From positions 1 to 62,189 of IMG/VR virus record IMGVR_UViG_3300042547_000074: a stretch of DNA of 62,189 bases; one strand, written 5' to 3'. The DNA is from a virus (lineage: Duplodnaviria > Caudoviricetes). Numbering within the stretch: the stretch's first letter is position 1; each line of letters starts with the position of its first letter. The translations under genes were made by a program, and so were the position numbers. This document shows positions 1 to 7,703 of this stretch, piece after piece. The notes beneath the pieces were generated by a model. The model was not told the DNA's origin. It did no database searches and saw only the letters and a program-made list of their open reading frames with translations.

Positions 1-185
1 CACGTGCAAGGTCTTGCCCGTAGGGGCTTCGGCCTTGGGGTTGTCGATGATTACCCACAACACAGGGGCTGGGTAGTTGCTGCCCCAGTTGTCGAAGACA
101 TAGCCGTCCGTCACCATGATGATGCAGCCGGGCTTGATCTTGTTGTCGTGCATGTACTTGGGCACACAATTGGCATTAGTGCCGC
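1..185. repeat. Terminal direct repeat, left copy (matches 62005-62189)
   Basis: nt 1-127 identical to 62005-62131; mismatches at 128, 169, 171, 175, 176, 178. Confidence 0.95.
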
Positions 186-1200
186 CGCCACCCTTGGGTC
201 GCACCTTGGACAGCAGCCCATCGTAGTCGCCTTGGGTGAAGCTGTCGTGGCCGGCTACCTCCGTATCCCAATACAACACGTCGAGCTTGTCGGGCTTGGT
301 AGTGTTAGCAATCTCGACCACCTCGGTGAAGATGCGGCTGATGGGTGACGGACTGCCTGACCACATCGAGCCAGACAAGTCTGCGCCTAGCACAGCATGG
401 CCAAGCGACTCACCGTGCATCGAAGGCAGGTACACCTCCATACCCACGAAGCGACGGTTGAGCCTGCGCCACGTAGCGTCATCCTTGGCAACACAGTGGC
501 TGCTGAAGAACTCCCGCAACGCAGCGCGCCAGTCGACGGCAGGACGCAGCAGCTCACCTACTTCAGCAGGCATGTCACCCTTGCCAGCGCCACACTTCTT
601 GGCCTCGGCCTCACCACGCCGCAGTGCATGGTCGATCTCCTTGTCCAGCGCGTCACGGTCTGCCTTGTCCATCTCCTTGGCATCGTCCCAGCCATGCTCG
701 TCGAAGCTCGGCTGGCCCGCGCCGCTATCCTGCTTCTGGTCTGCGCCTTGCTCCTGCTTCAGTATGTCGAAGATTTGCTTGGCGCTCATGCCATCGAACC
801 GCTCGTCATACAGGCCCATGCGGGTGCCATCTGGGTTGCGCGGGAACTTGCACACGCTCTCGGTAGGGTCGGCCTTCACGATGATGCGGTTAACCACGTA
901 GTCACAAGCGATGTTGGCGAGCTCGTGGTCTGCCTCGTACAGCTTGCGCCATGTAGTCAGGTGCCGAAGCCCCTTGTGAACAGCCTCGTGCAGACACACG
1001 AAGGACAGCTCTGCTACAGGCAGCGCCTCGACGAAGGCAGTGCCATACACCTCGTCACGGCCATTGGTGTACGCCGTAGCAGTCTTGTCGCACAGGCTTG
1101 TCTTGCCTACCGACATAAGCCCAGCCCACAGGCGCAGGCCCGGTAGCTGCGACCGCATCACGTCGATCTTGGCCTTCTTCAGTTTGCGTTCTGGTTGCAT
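1..1200 (-). CDS. DUF2201-type metallopeptidase + VWA-like domain protein (3' end completed at 61996-62004 across the circular junction)
   Basis: Read manually: ATG at 1200 (MQPERKLKKAKIDV...) after AAGGAGCAAG. Has an HEAVH zinc motif, NIACDYVVN, a D-L-S-G-S-M MIDAS-like motif, GGGT and VTDGY. Stop TAA is at 61996-61998. Adjacent to a MoxR-like AAA ATPase. Confidence 0.85.
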   Translation of the reverse strand, partial: MQPERKLKKAKIDVMRSQLPGLRLWAGLMSVGKTSLCDKTATAYTNGRDEVYGTAFVEALPVAELSFVCLHEAVHKGLRHLTTWRKLYEADHELANIACDYVVNRIIVKADPTESVCKFPRNPDGTRMGLYDERFDGMSAKQIFDILKQEQGADQKQDSGAGQPSFDEHGWDDAKEMDKADRDALDKEIDHALRRGEAEAKKCGAGKGDMPAEVGELLRPAVDWRAALREFFSSHCVAKDDATWRRLNRRFVGMEVYLPSMHGESLGHAVLGADLSGSMWSGSPSPISRIFTEVVEIANTTKPDKLDVLYWDTEVAGHDSFTQGDYDGLLSKVRPKGGGGTNANCVPKYMHDNKIKPGCIIMVTDGYVFDNWGSNYPAPVLWVIIDNPKAEAPTGKTLHV

Positions 1201-1211
1201 GGTCTTGCTCC

Positions 1212-2072
1212 TTACCACTCGTAGGATTTCAGAATCCCGTTCAACTTATCCTTCAGGTCGGTGCGTACACCGGAGTCTTCCTTCACATCGTCGATGTCCA
1301 CACCAGCGATGGCCTTCTCAAGGTCGCGCCGCGCCTGCTCCAGTGACGGGTCCTTGGTCAGGTTCAGGTGGGTCAGCATCTTGCACATCTCGGCAGCGTT
1401 ACCGATGAACGTATCGTGCCAGCGGGTCACCGCTCCATCTGGTGCAGCTTCAACGTCAGTCAGCTTCTTCGTCATCGCACTGATGGTCTTGTGCAGCTTG
1501 TCCCACGGCTCACGCATGGCGTCAGCCAACCGGCTATCGAAGGCAGCATCGTACTGGCGACGCATATCCTCTAGCTCCTGCTTCGGCAGGTCTAAGCGGA
1601 AGTCACCGGACTCAGGCACCGGGGTAAACACCAGACGGAAGCCGAACTTGCTACGCACTTCCTCGACGGACGGGTAGTCCTCTGGATCATACAGCGCACC
1701 CAGATGCTTAGGTGCGTCAGCCAGCAGGCGCGGGTAGTCACGGAAGAACTGCTCCTGCTTGTCCTCGAAGTAGGTCTGCCGACCGTTCATCTCTGACTTG
1801 TAGTCAAAGAACAGGGAGGTGGGCAGCAGGCGCGGGCCACGGTCAGACCACGCCATCGTCAACTGGTTGTGACGGAGCCTACAGCTAGCGGCGTAGTCGG
1901 CCAGCTCCTTGCGTAGAGACGAGCCTGCCGTGAGGTTCTTGCGGAACTGACCTGCGTCCGTAGTGGCGCTGTTGTCGTTGGTCACTTGTCGGGTCACCGT
2001 CTTGTCCACCTTGTTGGCAGTCCAGACAGAGATGTTCAACTCCACAAGCATGGAGGATGATGCGATGCTCAT
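1212..2072 (-). CDS. Conserved phage protein, DUF3150-like, of the AAA/VWA module
   Basis: 286 aa helical protein with YDPEDYPSVEEVRSKF motif; lies between the AAA ATPase and VWA-peptidase genes; AGGAGCAAAC RBS. Confidence 0.6.
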   Translation of the reverse strand: MSIASSSMLVELNISVWTANKVDKTVTRQVTNDNSATTDAGQFRKNLTAGSSLRKELADYAASCRLRHNQLTMAWSDRGPRLLPTSLFFDYKSEMNGRQTYFEDKQEQFFRDYPRLLADAPKHLGALYDPEDYPSVEEVRSKFGFRLVFTPVPESGDFRLDLPKQELEDMRRQYDAAFDSRLADAMREPWDKLHKTISAMTKKLTDVEAAPDGAVTRWHDTFIGNAAEMCKMLTHLNLTKDPSLEQARRDLEKAIAGVDIDDVKEDSGVRTDLKDKLNGILKSYEW

Positions 2073-2125
2073 TAGTTTGCTCCTAGTTTGTTATCCCTAA
2101 GCGCGCGGCGATAGGGCTTGACGGA

Positions 2126-3202
2126 TTACAAAATATCTGCGTTCTCAGCCGCCCACTTGGTGAAGTCGCCATTGCGGAAGGCGATGGTCTGCTTGGTCTT
2201 GCTACGTGCGAGGCTGGTGCAGAACACAGCCTGATGCTCAGCCTCCATGCGAGACACATACTTCATGATGGCCGAGATGGTGTCGGCCTCCACTGCGCGC
2301 TCAAGGTTGAACAGCAGGGTGATGATTGCACCTACGGACGTAGGCACAGGTGCCGTGTCGGGTGCCTTGAGGATAAGCTCACGTGCAGGCAGCTCATCTT
2401 GGAACGCAATGAAGTGCTGCATGTCCCGCGCCGCAGGCTCACCGATGGTGCCGATGAGACCAGCCAGCAGCATGTTCTCGGTAAACTTCTCACGCTGCCA
2501 CACGATGTGCGATGCCTTCTCCAGCGAACGCGGGGTCACAACTTGGCCTACCTGCACACGCTTGGGGTTATCGACGTAGGGGTTGCTTGGGTCGAAGTCG
2601 TCATCGCGGAACGATGCCAGCGCAGTCGGGGTCTGGTTCACCCATGCCAGCACAACAGGGTGGATGCCATTGGCAGCGCCCCACACCAGCCACTCTTCGA
2701 CGGATGGTTGACGCACCTCGACGACGGTCATGCGGTTCATGGTATGGGCAAGGAACGTATCGCCCAGCCCCTCCTCGGACAGGTTGCAAGTAACAATGGC
2801 CATACTGCCAGCAGGCATCATCTTATCCGCAACGCGCCTAGGGTTCTCCAACATGGGCAACACCATGTTCTGGATACTGCGCGGTGCCTTGGCCAGCTCG
2901 TCCAGTATGATAACCACGGGCTTGCCAGTGGTCAGTTTGAGCGCCTCGTTGGTGAAGAACCGCATGACGCCGGCCTCCTTGTCGGGGAACGGGATAGCCG
3001 TATCGCCCTCGGCCTTGGCCGTCATGTCGAAGCAGGCGTATTCGTATTCGTCACCCAGATACTCACGCAGCATGGGTAGGATGCTTGTCTTGCCGATGCC
3101 CTTGGGGCCGCGCAGCATGACGTTGTTTGTTGTGCCGACAGCGGCGATGAACTGCGCTGCCTCCTTGAGGGAGACACGCGAACCGAAGTTGATTGAAGTC
3201 AT
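2126..3202 (-). CDS. MoxR-like AAA+ ATPase
   Basis: Walker A GPKGIGKT, Walker B IILDE, sensor N, NR and TPRS motifs. Confidence 0.85.
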   Translation of the reverse strand: MTSINFGSRVSLKEAAQFIAAVGTTNNVMLRGPKGIGKTSILPMLREYLGDEYEYACFDMTAKAEGDTAIPFPDKEAGVMRFFTNEALKLTTGKPVVIILDELAKAPRSIQNMVLPMLENPRRVADKMMPAGSMAIVTCNLSEEGLGDTFLAHTMNRMTVVEVRQPSVEEWLVWGAANGIHPVVLAWVNQTPTALASFRDDDFDPSNPYVDNPKRVQVGQVVTPRSLEKASHIVWQREKFTENMLLAGLIGTIGEPAARDMQHFIAFQDELPARELILKAPDTAPVPTSVGAIITLLFNLERAVEADTISAIMKYVSRMEAEHQAVFCTSLARSKTKQTIAFRNGDFTKWAAENADIL

Positions 3203-3220
3203 TGTGTTTGCTCCTTCGTT

Positions 3221-3244
3221 GTTAGCCGAACCAGTTTGGATAAC
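3221..3244. promoter_or_regulatory. 24-bp palindromic element, copy 1
   Basis: GTTAGCCGAACCAGTTTGGATAAC, directly upstream of the AAA gene RBS. Confidence 0.75.
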
Positions 3245-3309
3245 TGGTCGGTGGTGGTTGTGTTTGCTTATGCTTGATGGGGGCGGGTTGGTTCCCGCCT
3301 CACCCTTCT

Positions 3310-3338
3310 CTTGTAGCAGAGTAGGTAGACAAAGTCAA
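3310..3338 (-). promoter_or_regulatory. sigma70-type promoter
   Basis: TTGACT-N17-TACAAG; spacer ends in TGC as in the promoters at 4788 and 51423. Confidence 0.65.
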
Positions 3339-3341
3339 GGT

Positions 3342-3710
3342 TCAGTCGACGGTGATGCTCACACTGATGCCCACACGGTATTGGTGGTAGGCGGAGCCAC
3401 CAGAGTCGAGATCGGTTCTCTCTTCGCCCACACGGGCATACTCCCAGCAGGCACGGCGCGTATTGAAGTCCTCGGTATCGAACGCCTCCTCGAACCGCTC
3501 GATGGCAACCCATACGTCCTTCACGTAGTCGAAGTCATCGTACCACTTCACGTCATCATACTTGACGGTGATGATATCGGTCAGCGGCTCAATGAAGGGG
3601 TCTCCCCCTCGCGGCCAGTTCTCCTCTACCCATAGCTTGATAGCTGGGAACATCTCTGGTTTGTCGGCGTCCGCATAGAAGGCGAACGTCACATCGCTAC
3701 GGTAGCCCAT
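3342..3710 (-). CDS. Hypothetical acidic phage protein (MGYRSDV family)
   Basis: 122 aa ORF coupled to the upstream gene; MGYRSDV N-terminus and RVGEE..D motif. Confidence 0.7.
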   Translation of the reverse strand: MGYRSDVTFAFYADADKPEMFPAIKLWVEENWPRGGDPFIEPLTDIITVKYDDVKWYDDFDYVKDVWVAIERFEEAFDTEDFNTRRACWEYARVGEERTDLDSGGSAYHQYRVGISVSITVD

Positions 3711-3925
3711 CAGAGTTCTCCCTCGTCGATATACAGGCCACCCATCTCGCTTGCCCAGTAGGACGCAACGATGCGTGTGCCATCGGTGAACGTAACCACA
3801 ATGCTGTTCAGCCCCTCGTCATCGCCGCAACGGCGCTCGTAAAGGGCTTTGTCACCCAGCACATGGACAGACTGCACCTGCTTACCTACGTGCTGGCGCA
3901 GGTCTAAAATCACTTCATCAACCAT
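3710..3925 (-). CDS. Hypothetical protein
   Basis: 71 aa ORF tightly packed between neighbours; GGAGAG RBS. Confidence 0.6.
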   Translation of the reverse strand: MVDEVILDLRQHVGKQVQSVHVLGDKALYERRCGDDEGLNSIVVTFTDGTRIVASYWASEMGGLYIDEGEL

Positions 3926-3926
3926 G

Positions 3927-4124
3927 TCACTCTCCCGTTCGCTTAGGGTTGAGCATCGTCAGCTCTGCCTTGTTGGTGATAACAACGTAGTTGCTCTTGT
4001 TTAGTGGTGCGCTGCACCATTTCACTGCCCGCGCAGCGAAGTCGCCACACGACAGGCAGGTGTTGTAGCCCAGCAGGGCGCGGCGTTCGGAGTATGTCTC
4101 TCCACAGGATATGCACTCAGCCAT
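3927..4124 (-). CDS. Small zinc-finger protein
   Basis: CxxC...RR..LGY..CxxC pattern; GAAGGAGCAAAC RBS. Confidence 0.7.
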   Translation of the reverse strand: MAECISCGETYSERRALLGYNTCLSCGDFAARAVKWCSAPLNKSNYVVITNKAELTMLNPKRTGE

Positions 4125-4141
4125 TGGTTTGCTCCTTCTTT

Positions 4142-4165
4142 GTTATCTGAACTGGTTCGGCTAGC
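4142..4165. promoter_or_regulatory. 24-bp palindromic element, copy 2
   Basis: GTTATCTGAACTGGTTCGGCTAGC, next to the RBS of 3927-4124. Confidence 0.7.
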
Positions 4166-4203
4166 GTGCAGCCCTATGCTGCACCTGAAAGGCGCATTGC
4201 CTA

Positions 4204-4347
4204 TCAAACGAGACCGCACTCGGTGCCGACAGGCAGGCGGTCCCAGCCAAAGTGTTTCCTGAAGAACCGCAGCGCCTCGCGCTTGTTGGGCGCATAGATC
4301 GGGTAGAACATCTCGCCACGGCAGTTGACCCAGTATTTCCGGCTCAC
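4204..4347 (-). CDS. Small hypothetical protein (47 aa, not in ORF track)
   Basis: GTG start overlaps the stop of 4344-4700; GGAGAGG RBS; MSRKYWVNCRGEMFYPIYAPNKREALRFFRKHFGWDRLPVGTECGLV. Confidence 0.55.
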   Translation of the reverse strand: MSRKYWVNCRGEMFYPIYAPNKREALRFFRKHFGWDRLPVGTECGLV

Positions 4348-4700
4348 TTGTCCTCTCCCAGTTTGCGCGGGCGCACTACACCTACGTCACTAGGCACAAA
4401 GCTATTTGCCCATGCCATCAGCACATCGAGCGACTGGTCACCGTTCTCGCCCACCCAATCCAGCCACTCACGTTGAGTGGTGGTGTGCCGGTCCTCTCCC
4501 TTCAGGCTAGGCATCTCGAAAAGCATAGGCAGGTCGGACATAGGCACGTCCACCACAGGCACCCCGTTTGCCTTGGCCCACGCATTGATGAAGTTATGCA
4601 GGCTGCGCCTGTCCTCTAATTGTTGCTCCTCCGCGAACGCGATAGCGTCTAGCAAGCTAGGCTCAGGGTTGCTGTCTTGCAGCGTTTTCCAATCAGGCAT
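4344..4700 (-). CDS. Hypothetical protein
   Basis: 118 aa ORF with AAAGGA RBS, first gene downstream of the promoter at 4788-4816. Confidence 0.6.
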   Translation of the reverse strand: MPDWKTLQDSNPEPSLLDAIAFAEEQQLEDRRSLHNFINAWAKANGVPVVDVPMSDLPMLFEMPSLKGEDRHTTTQREWLDWVGENGDQSLDVLMAWANSFVPSDVGVVRPRKLGEDK

Positions 4701-4717
4701 CGTAAGATTCCTTTCTC

Positions 4718-4741
4718 GTTATCTGAACTGGTTTGGATAAG
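4718..4741. promoter_or_regulatory. 24-bp palindromic element, copy 3
   Basis: GTTATCTGAACTGGTTTGGATAAG, next to the RBS of 4344-4700. Confidence 0.75.
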
Positions 4742-4787
4742 TGTGGCGAGAAACGCCACAGCGCAGGACGGAATCGCCCTGACCTTG

Positions 4788-4816
4788 TGTGTAGCACAGA
4801 AGGGGAACAAAGTCAA
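4788..4816 (-). promoter_or_regulatory. sigma70-type promoter
   Basis: TTGACT-N17-TACACA. Confidence 0.65.
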
Positions 4817-4819
4817 GCT

Positions 4820-5339
4820 ATTGTAAGGAAAAAACCTTACAATGCTATTGTAAGATTGTAAGGGTTGGAAAAGTGCCGTCTTACGCCATTTCTTACGCCA
4901 ATCGGCGTTTAAAACCAACACGTTAGCTTTGTATTGTAAGATTGTAAGCTGTTTTTAGAAAATACTATTAGGGGGGGGGAAAACGGGAAAAAAATTGTGG
5001 CGGTGGTGTGGCATAGGCGGAGAGGCCCGGAAAACTGGGGGTCTTTTAATAACTTGAAAAATGGCCTTACAATCTTACGATACCACCTAAGCTGTTGGTA
5101 ACATGGCACTTTCACGGCGTAAGAACCTTACAATACGTTTCTTACATTAGGTTTTTTCTTACATTAGGTTTTTCCTTACAATAGCTAGTTATCCAAACCG
5201 GTTCGGGTAACTCGGCCCTTCGCGCGTTTCTTACAATAGCTCGGCCCGCCCACTCGTTTCTTACTATCACGCGTGGGCTAGGCGCGATCCAGATGCTGGG
5301 TGGGGATGTGGCGGCCCGCCCACTCGTTTCTTACTATCA
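4820..5339. repeat. Non-coding iteron-like region (CTTACAAT/ATTGTAAG octamers plus a 28-bp direct repeat)
   Basis: Ten exact octamers at 4820, 4836, 4847, 4855, 4933, 4941, 5066, 5127, 5175, 5230 plus variants; 28-bp direct repeat 5242-5269/5312-5339; AT-rich relative to the genome. Confidence 0.85.
5188..5211. promoter_or_regulatory. 24-bp palindromic element, copy 4
   Basis: GTTATCCAAACCGGTTCGGGTAAC. Confidence 0.75.
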
Positions 5340-5371
5340 TGCGCGCCCGCCGCGCGGTGCGCGACAGGCAC

Positions 5372-5406
5372 AAAAAAGCCCCGCTTGGCGCGGGGCCAAG
5401 CGGGGC
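5372..5406 (-). terminator. Intrinsic terminator
   Basis: 12-bp stem GCCCCGCTTGGC/GCCAAGCGGGGC followed by U6 on the minus strand. Confidence 0.8.
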
Positions 5407-5581
5407 AGGGGAAGCGGGGGAGGCTGGTCAAAAAAGATGACGCCATTCCAACCAGCACAATTCGCGTCCGTGCTGGTCAAGAATGGCCGTGCCTTCCGGG
5501 TAGGTGACAAGCCCGACGATAACGTGGTTGCGCCATTGGACGGGGCGGCGGAAATGGTGATGCATGGGAAGTCCCTTCGAG

Positions 5582-5609
5582 AAAAGCGGGGGAGGCTTGC
5601 GCCTCCCCC
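5582..5609 (-). terminator. Intrinsic terminator after 5617-6435
   Basis: GGGGGAGGC/GCCTCCCCC stem with a 4-nt loop, followed by GCTTTT on the minus strand. Confidence 0.65.
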
Positions 5610-5616
5610 TAGCGTG

Positions 5617-6435
5617 TTATGCCTTAGCGGCAGCGGCAGCTTCTGCCTTGATGATTGCAGCGCAATCGCGGGCAAGGGCTTTGACGAAAGCAATCCGTTG
5701 GTTGGTGATTGCTTCCTCCCCAGCGGCAACCTTTTTGATGTAAGCAGTCGCGGCCCGCAATACGTCCGTAGGGGAAGCGGCAGCCGGGGCAGCCGGAGCC
5801 TTAGCCGGAGCCTTGCCCTTGCCGGGAGCGTTGCCGCTATTGGTACCCTTGGCCGTCACCTTGGCGATAAGGGCAGACGTCGATTTCTTGGCAGCGTCGA
5901 GCAAGCCGCTGGCCACCGTAGTGCCATTGCCGCCAGTCAACGCCAGTTTGTTGCCGGCCATGCTTGCGGCAATCATGTTATCAGTAAGCGCAACAGCGGC
6001 GGGCAGCACCTTACCCTTAATCAGCGACCATGCGCTATCGGCAGCCGGAGTAGTGGCATCATTCACCCCGGCAGCATACGCCAGCACGGCAGCCTTAAAG
6101 CCTGTTATGCGAGCGCGCTGTTCCTTACCTGCTACGTAGAACGGGGCAGCCTTGCGGGCGTAATCGTAAAGGCTTGCATGCTTCGTTTCCGTCACGTTGC
6201 CCTTTTTGTCGCGGGCTTGAAATTCAAAGCGATGCGCCAGCAAGGAAGCATTGGCCATGCCAGCAATCAGGATATCGGTTGCGCTGCCTTGCGCTACCTT
6301 GCCGGCAGCGAGCTGCTTACCGGCAGCGAGGGCAGCGTTCACGCCAGTGCGAAGGGTAGCAGCCTGTTCCGGAGTGAAGCCGGCAATGCCAGCGGCAGCA
6401 ACGGGGGAAGCCTTGCGAGTGTTACGTGCAGTCAT
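5617..6435 (-). CDS. Ala/Lys-rich basic hypothetical protein, monocistronic
   Basis: 272 aa; AAAGGT RBS; promoter upstream and terminators downstream. Confidence 0.75.
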   Translation of the reverse strand: MTARNTRKASPVAAAGIAGFTPEQAATLRTGVNAALAAGKQLAAGKVAQGSATDILIAGMANASLLAHRFEFQARDKKGNVTETKHASLYDYARKAAPFYVAGKEQRARITGFKAAVLAYAAGVNDATTPAADSAWSLIKGKVLPAAVALTDNMIAASMAGNKLALTGGNGTTVASGLLDAAKKSTSALIAKVTAKGTNSGNAPGKGKAPAKAPAAPAAASPTDVLRAATAYIKKVAAGEEAITNQRIAFVKALARDCAAIIKAEAAAAAKA

Positions 6436-6489
6436 GTTGTTTACCTTTCAGTCTATGATTGCCGGCAACGGAATGCTCCCGGCCCCCCT

Positions 6490-6518
6490 TCCCTAGGCTT
6501 AGACAGTGTGAAGGTCAA
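6490..6518 (-). promoter_or_regulatory. sigma70-type promoter
   Basis: TTGACC-N17-TAGGGA (weak -10), upstream of 5617-6435. Confidence 0.5.
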
Positions 6519-6527
6519 GCCTGCCCC

Positions 6528-6551
6528 GTTATCCGAACCGGTTCGGGTAAC
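6528..6551. promoter_or_regulatory. 24-bp palindromic element, copy 5
   Basis: GTTATCCGAACCGGTTCGGGTAAC, about 10 bp upstream of a -35 box. Confidence 0.75.
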
Positions 6552-7085
6552 TTTGTTCAATGAAAACAAGGGGGTAGGGGTAACTACCTAGGGGGAACGC
6601 GACACCCACCCGCCCCCCACCCCCCAAGCACAGGTAAAGCAGCCCGCGCCTATATACATACTATTTTGCACAACCAATCACGTTCCCCCAGAAACACCCC
6701 CCTTACAAAACCAAATCAAGACCCCCCACCCCCTATATATTTTTAGTAGGATTCCTCCGGCTTCGCTATTAGCGAAGCCCCCCGTCATGGGACCCAACCT
6801 CCCCTTGCCCCCGTAGGGGGTATATTATATAATCGTACTGCGCCTCGCCCCCGTTCTCTCCCCGTGGTGTGTTGCGGATAACAGGAATAAACGTCGTCTA
6901 ACCCAGCGACGGGCGCTCCGACTTGCTTCTTGGCGGTATTTCGCTATAGCCCCCGCTCCCTCCCCTAACGGGGTAACCCGGATAATCAGCAGCATCGCCC
7001 GCTGCTGGGGGGCCGGACCCGCTTTACACGCACCCCCTACGACACTATAGACAAGGTCTGCTCCCCCAAACCGGACGCTGCACTA

Positions 7086-7703
7086 ATGTCAAAAGTAAAG
7101 TTGAACCCGACGGGCGATGTCCCTCTTCCGTATAGTCCGGAAGATGTAGGGGCCCCCAGCTTTATGGATGAGCTAACGGCGTCAGCCAATACGGCTGACT
7201 TCTTGGAAGAGATGGGCGTACCGCTGGAAGTGGACCCCTCGACGTTCGAGAGGGAGAAGGCGCTCCTCGAAGGAGCCATCAAGGGCCAGCATGTGGCCCC
7301 CCTAACCAATTATGCGACAGCACTGGGTGCTAAGGCGTTTCTTCAGCAGTACGGCCAGAACTTGGCGTTCGATGCGGGTCAGGTGCGCGCTGCGCTTACC
7401 AATAAGCTGTTAGAGATAGCCAACTGTGGCGAGACCAAGTTTGAGCTTAAGGCACTGGAGCTCCTTGGTAAGCACAGCGATATCAGCCTGTTCACCCAGC
7501 GCAGCGAGATCAACATCAACTACAACAGCCCCGAGGCACTCGAAAGCGCCATCAAGGAGCGGGTCAAGCGCCTGCTGGACGCTGAAGTGGTGGATGTGAC
7601 CCCGATCAACGTCTCACTCGATGAAGAGTTTGGTGTGTTTGCCTCCGAGGAAGAGGAAGAGGAAGAGGAAGAGGACGAGACCCCCGAAGGGAACGATGAG
7701 TAA
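7086..7703 (+). CDS. Probable terminase small subunit
   Basis: Directly upstream of, and coupled to, TerL; LKALELLGK...LFT motif; acidic tail. Confidence 0.6.
   Translation: MSKVKLNPTGDVPLPYSPEDVGAPSFMDELTASANTADFLEEMGVPLEVDPSTFEREKALLEGAIKGQHVAPLTNYATALGAKAFLQQYGQNLAFDAGQVRAALTNKLLEIANCGETKFELKALELLGKHSDISLFTQRSEININYNSPEALESAIKERVKRLLDAEVVDVTPINVSLDEEFGVFASEEEEEEEEEDETPEGNDE

Noticed and set aside
1-185. Terminal repeat pair as a diversity-generating retroelement TR/VR
   Set aside because: Mismatches are not confined to adenines on either strand, no reverse transcriptase is present, and circular overlap explains the repeat.
4-3635. Long plus-strand ORFs (4-348, 236-901, 397-1146, 2234-3079, 2730-3635)
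   Set aside because: They are antisense shadows of well-supported minus-strand genes in GC-rich DNA, with no RBS or motifs.
4742-4760. Small hairpin TGTGGCG/CGCCACA as a boxB-like antitermination site
   Set aside because: The purine-rich loop is on the non-transcribed strand, it is a single instance, and no boxA or N-like gene is evident.
3221-6551. 24-bp palindromes as a CRISPR array or integron attC sites
   Set aside because: Spacing is irregular (about 0.5-3.4 kb) with whole genes between copies; no cas operon or integron integrase is present.
5293-6591. 432-aa plus-strand ORF
   Set aside because: It is antisense to 5617-6435, which has a promoter, RBS and terminators; it runs through hairpins and has an implausible composition.
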